Assembly (NCBI GenBank): GCA_900128585.1
Contig: LT642173.1
Coordinates: forward strand, 1-44,647
DNA length: 44,647 nucleotides
Direction: 5' to 3'
From: Stramenopiles sp. TOSAG23-3
Taxonomy: Eukaryota
The number at the start of each line of letters is the position of its first letter. Within the stretch, counting starts at the first letter, position 1. Below are positions 39,990 to 44,647 of this stretch, one piece after another. The translations under genes were made by a program, and so were the position numbers. The notes under the pieces are model-generated. The model ran no database searches. It saw only the letters and a program-made list of their open reading frames with translations, and had not been told where the DNA came from.

Positions 39990-42401
39990 TTAGTCCGCCC
40001 AGCTACTTTCCCCTGTCGCACCGTTCCACCAGTAAGGCCTTCCGCTTATTGGGTCTGTCAAATACTCCCATACGCCGTTGGCATCGCCTCGTGCGGTGTG
40101 CAGCAATGCTGTTGTTGTTGTCGATTCGGCTACTACAGCACGCTGGGGCGTCGGAAAAGATTCCGTGCTCGCAGCGTCCTGGTCTACGGCAACCCATTTG
40201 GATTCCCCCGTCGCTACGTTGTACCAGTAACCCTCGCCATATTCTTCATCGATATGGTACTCCCATGTTGCCTCAACACCATTATTGCCCAAACTTGAAG
40301 CTATCGGAACTTCGCCGTCATCTGCTGCCGTGCCCTCCCAGGTGGACTCCCCCGTTGCACTATTGTGCCAGTAATTGCTACCGCTTGCCTCGTCGTAGAC
40401 GTATTCCCAAACCACTTCACTGGTAGACCCTGCATGGGTCTCTTCTGCTGCGTGGCCTGAGGCGGGAGCCGGGGCATCTACCCACTGGGATTCTTGGGTA
40501 ACATTATTGAACCAGTACGGCGCGCCTGTGTGCTCGTCCATATGGTACGTCCACACTTCGTCTGTGGACGCGAGCTCTACGAGGGCAGTCTGAGCGCTTG
40601 GGAATGCTGCATACTCGTTTGAAAACTCTTCCACGGGAATTTCACCGTCCTCCCATGCGGACTCGTGAGTGCTTTCGTTGTACCAGTATCCACGGCCCGA
40701 CTTCTCGTCGGAGCCGTAGACCCAGGCTCCTTCGTCTTTGCCTTTCAACCCACTGGCATATTTTCCTGCGCCCCCCCCCGCACCAGCCGAAATGGTCGCG
40801 TACGGGGTGGAGACGGATTTCTTCGTACTTTCGACCGAGTCGTACCCATAACTACCACTGCCATCTGCAAACGTTGTGTTGCTCTGTTGGCTTTTGTCAA
40901 AGCGCGAACCACTCCCGTTCACCACCTCAAACTCTGGTTTCTGGTTCTGATGCTCGGTGCCGGCAGAAAAGCTCGGGTTTGTGAACGATTTGAATGAATT
41001 CTCTAGAAAAGCGCTCCAAATCAGCATCACTCTATCCATGTCTATTTCACGCTTCCGACCGTGCTCTTCGGGCATGTGGCCTTTGCGGGAGCCACCATAC
41101 TGCTTCAACAGCCTGGCACAATCACGATAAGATCGCTCTCGCGCCAGCGCGTACGGCGTTTTCCCGCGCCGGTTCAAAATGTTGGGGTCCGCAGCCGTTT
41201 CTAGCAGAATTTTCATGCAGTTGATCTTTCCGTATTTTCCAGCCGTGTGCAACGGGGTGTTCCCATGCTTGTCGGGCCAATCAACCAAATCGCTGGCATA
41301 CTCGCAAAGCATGGACACAATTGTTGGCTTGTTGTACGTAACCGCGACATGAAGTAACGATTTGCCTTGGCTGTTTAACAATTCTATGTCTAACCCGTTC
41401 GCCGAGGCAACGATTTGCCGCACTTGGAGCAAGGTCTCCACGCACCGAAAGTGGCCATGACGAGTCGCCAGTTCTACTGGGGTGAACCCCTCCCCATTGG
41501 CGCAGTTCAAATCGGCGCCATACTTCAAAAGGGTCCGGATAACGCTCGCATTCCCAGATCTAGCGGCAATCATCAGGGGCGTGTTCGATTTGCTGTCGGT
41601 GACATTGATAAGGTTTCCGTTCGCGTTCAGCAGCCGACTAATTGCGTTAATGTCATTCCCCTGTATCATTTGGAAAAATCGTTTTCTATGCTTCCGCTCC
41701 ATCATTCTCCCCCGACCCAGAAGTACAATGTCGGACGTGCCCTCCGGGCTGCTCCGGGCAGCCCACGCAACGTCACGCCGGGTCAAGACAGGGGACCCAA
41801 ACTCGAACACAAAGCGGCGCAGCGTATCGACCCAGATGTCCAGCTTCCGTTGGTTGGGTGCTTGCAGTATCATGTACCTGTCTGTCCTCGTCTTCAGTGT
41901 GAAAAGGTACGGGGGAGGGGTTTGCTGGGCTCCAAAACTATGTTTTCCTCGCCTCGAGCTACTCCCCCGTGGACTCACTGGCAGCATCAGAGCGTCCGGG
42001 CTCCCTTGCTTTATTTCAACAATGTCTTGAAGCCCCAGGGACATGTTTTCCGGTTGTCGAACGCTTAAGCTTCCGAACGACTGCACAAAAGTTTCCTCGG
42101 GCGTTGAGTACGACTGGCTCGCCCAGCGCAGCGTACCTGCGCCAGGGCTATTCGAGCAGCAGGAGGTGGTGTTAGCGGTCGAAATTTGGAAAAGAAAAAG
42201 TGTAATAACTTACCTGCATGTAAACCAGAGCCTGTGTGGCCCAGTGAGTTTGAAACTATTGGCGTTCATCGAACTTTTCAAACGCCTTACTTGCGATGCG
42301 TTGAGCAAAAATGACGTGGCCCCACTGTCGCAGTATGCTGTCAAATAATCAGCGAGGGCCATTATTTCCCCGGCATTGCCCCCGGCCATCCTCCGGCTCA
42401 T
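39990..42401 (-). CDS. PH-like + ankyrin repeats + five WW domains; exons 42401..42214 and 42147..39990
   Basis: A 66-nt intron (42148..42213; gtaagt donor, gctaac branch, tag acceptor) joins ORF 42210..42401 in frame (..WFTCS/PGAGTLRW..). Ankyrin TPLMIAA and TPLHTAG; five W..(D)..G..YW.N..T.ES.W repeats. Confidence 0.88.
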
Positions 42402-43054
42402 CCTACCTAAACTATTCGCCTATATTGAAACGGACGGTCACGAGAAGTGTAGTATCGGCCCTGCCGTGCATTTCACGTGTTACCCCTTGTAACCGAATGT
42501 AAACGTGCGTGCTGCTGGAAAAATCTCGTCGTTGTACCCCTCTTCAAATAAGGCACAATTAGATCCTTGAGACTAATAAGATAATTACGTATACCTGTTT
42601 CATTTCATGTTGAATCTATTTTTCTTTTTAACTAACTCTGTTATCTAACAGTTTCTTCAATTATTATTGAATTGCGCTATCTACGCTACCCTTCCTCCTA
42701 CTACTACAGTCGAACCTCTGATTGGATCACCTAAAGATAAGGTGGTAGTCGTTCTACAAATACAACATCTACCATTTGTTTCAGTGTGTTTTTAATAATA
42801 ATATGATGAGTATTATTATTATGCAGATACATTGTAAGTGTTAATATACTTACAACATTACCTTAAATAGAAACAAAAAATAATAACGGTTGTTATTGTT
42901 TGTTGTTTTACAAAGGAAGAAGATATCACGTTTCATTCATGTAATGTTTTGTAAATTTTTTCCTTTTCTTCACGAAGAGCTACTTTCTTTCCCATTTTTG
43001 AAGTTTTTTCGATAGAGGGAACCGATGGTCGATATACCCTTGTCACTTAGTCTT

Positions 43055-43088
43055 GACTATCATTCTCATGTGTACTCCATGCATGATC
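43055..43088 (-). repeat. Partial third copy of the ~55-nt dispersed module also at 3548..3600 and 27463..27520
   Basis: gactatcattctcatgtgtactccatgcatgatc versus actatcattcttagatgtactccattgatgatc. Confidence 0.75.
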
Positions 43089-43130
43089 GAACGCACGAAT
43101 TAAAACCTCGAGGAAGACTACCGTTGGAAT

Positions 43131-44018
43131 TTAAAACGATTTAAATGTATACATTTTACCCTTTGTCTGCTGCTCGAAGCGACTGTCTTCTGCATATTTA
43201 TTTGGCCCAACAACAGTGGTATGGACAGCGGGTTGAAAATTTACGTGGTTGAATTCTTGTTCCAACAGTTGCCTGACTACGTCTTCTTGACTATGTGTTT
43301 TCTCAGCCAGCAAGGCTTTAGAGTCTATGTTGCGCATTTCTTCGATAAATGATTGGGGTGTTGCTCGTCCCATCGCACCATTTTGGGGCGTATTCAGAGA
43401 CCCTAGTCGAAGGGGTAATGCAACGGGCTTCAGCGTTACAGGCAATCGCTGCTGTAATTGGTGGATATTTTCCCCGTGGTTTTGTTTGATGCTAGGGGTC
43501 AGCGAGTCAGACACACCGCGTGTAGGTCTCGGGGATTGAAGCTCGGACCTTGCTTCCTTTAGGATTGCTTGCTGCCGGACCACTGCAGTGTTCATTTGGG
43601 TCAAACCATCGGTGGTACGAACCTCACGGTTCCGAGTTCTTCTTTTTGGTGGAGTTTTGGAACGCGGGGAAGGTTTGCGTGTGTGTTTTGGTTCTACTGC
43701 GCAGTCAGAAAAGGACTTGGACTTGGCCATTGTTTTACTGTCCTGGAGACGCTCCTTCGGCGCCTCCTCCTTAGTTTCCAATTCCTTATCTTCGTTTCGA
43801 TAGACGGCGTCTTCCCACCCTGAAACAACATCTTCGCCTTGGCAAAACGCGTCTTCCCAACCATTCACTCGCACGGCCACCGGCCCATTTGTTGTCGGTA
43901 CATCCTCCTCCCTGTTCATTCCACACTCCTCGCTTTCGCTTTCTCCCTCATCTTCGTAAATACCAAGGTTGTTAAACTCCATCTCACTGTTTCCGTGCAT
44001 ATACGTTTTAATAACCAT
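43131..44018 (-). CDS. Hypothetical, largely disordered protein (~295 aa)
   Basis: Long ORF; first ATG at 44018 (the track start lies in a (TG)n microsatellite); no domain recognised. Confidence 0.65.
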   Translation of the reverse strand: MVIKTYMHGNSEMEFNNLGIYEDEGESESEECGMNREEDVPTTNGPVAVRVNGWEDAFCQGEDVVSGWEDAVYRNEDKELETKEEAPKERLQDSKTMAKSKSFSDCAVEPKHTRKPSPRSKTPPKRRTRNREVRTTDGLTQMNTAVVRQQAILKEARSELQSPRPTRGVSDSLTPSIKQNHGENIHQLQQRLPVTLKPVALPLRLGSLNTPQNGAMGRATPQSFIEEMRNIDSKALLAEKTHSQEDVVRQLLEQEFNHVNFQPAVHTTVVGPNKYAEDSRFEQQTKGKMYTFKSF

Positions 44019-44100
44019 CCCGTACGAAATCTTAGTAAGACCAATGGAAGATATGAAATTGGGCCAAAAGTTCAATGGTTCCAGTAAGTTGTCCTTCCAT

Positions 44101-44139
44101 CTCTCTCTCTCACACACACACACACAGACACACACACAC
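44101..44139 (+). repeat. (CT)n(CA)n microsatellite
   Basis: ctctctctctcacacacacacacacagacacacacacac. Confidence 0.9.
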
Positions 44140-44313
44140 GCACATATATAATTATATGGTCTTTATCACACCGTAAGACACAAAACTCCCTCCCTCACCA
44201 CATTATATATTTTTTTCGCATTTTTTTTCCCTCTTTTTTCTTCTTTTTCTTCCAGAGGAGAGCACAGCATAGTAATAAATACCATTCTTGGAACATTCCT
44301 TATACGAGAAAGA

Positions 44314-44331
44314 AGGGTTAGGGTTAAGGTT
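44314..44331 (+). repeat. Interstitial telomere-like repeat agggTTAGGGttaaggtt
   Basis: Read directly, upstream of the last minus-strand gene. Confidence 0.55.
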
Positions 44332-44647
44332 ATATAAGTAGTAATTTCATAATAAGGAATAAAATGAGTTTGACTGAAAAGGGGTATACTATCGAATATC
44401 TTTTTCCGCGCACTTTCGTGTTTTTAAGTATACATATAAATAATAGCAAGAGTACCACTGAATGAAGTGAAGGAATGTGGTCTTGGTATGCTATGTTATT
44501 TATTCAAATGATATACTTGTCCTTAATTACTTGTACTCCAATTCTTTCTTCTTTCTTTCATATATATTCCATTCTTAAAATATGAATGATGCGTTGAATA
44601 ACATCTAACTTATATTTTATATTAATAAAAGAGCATCATCATATGTT

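Noticed and set aside
42137-42213. Alternative gcag acceptor at 42137 for the PH-ankyrin-WW intron
   Set aside because: It puts the open upstream exon out of frame with the main ORF; the tag acceptor at 42148 keeps the frame.

Overview
Gene-dense, intron-poor eukaryotic genomic window from a ciliated or flagellated microbial eukaryote. It encodes an axonemal dynein and uses the standard code; the exact lineage cannot be fixed from the sequence alone. About 14 protein genes are present: a frameshifted giant repeat/Lys-rich protein, a bacterial-like SAM methyltransferase, a PUB-domain protein, an intronless DNAH1-type inner-arm dynein heavy chain, DEPDC5/Iml1, a MYND-finger protein, a tandem ependymin-like secreted protein, a NIPA-type transporter, an F-box/Ras-like GTPase fusion, a DENN protein, H2A.Z, a PH-ankyrin-5xWW protein and two hypotheticals. 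They are arranged mostly in alternating head-to-head and tail-to-tail pairs. The most striking non-coding feature is a ~35-nt motif (consensus approx. TAAAAACAAGAAAATTGGCTGTTATTTwAAGTAATTAAAA). It occurs about 13 times, oriented sense to the adjacent gene's 3' end, and forms inward-facing pairs at convergent junctions whose interiors share further modules. It is a candidate MITE-like family and/or bidirectional 3'-end-processing element. No rRNA, tRNA or CRISPR array was seen.
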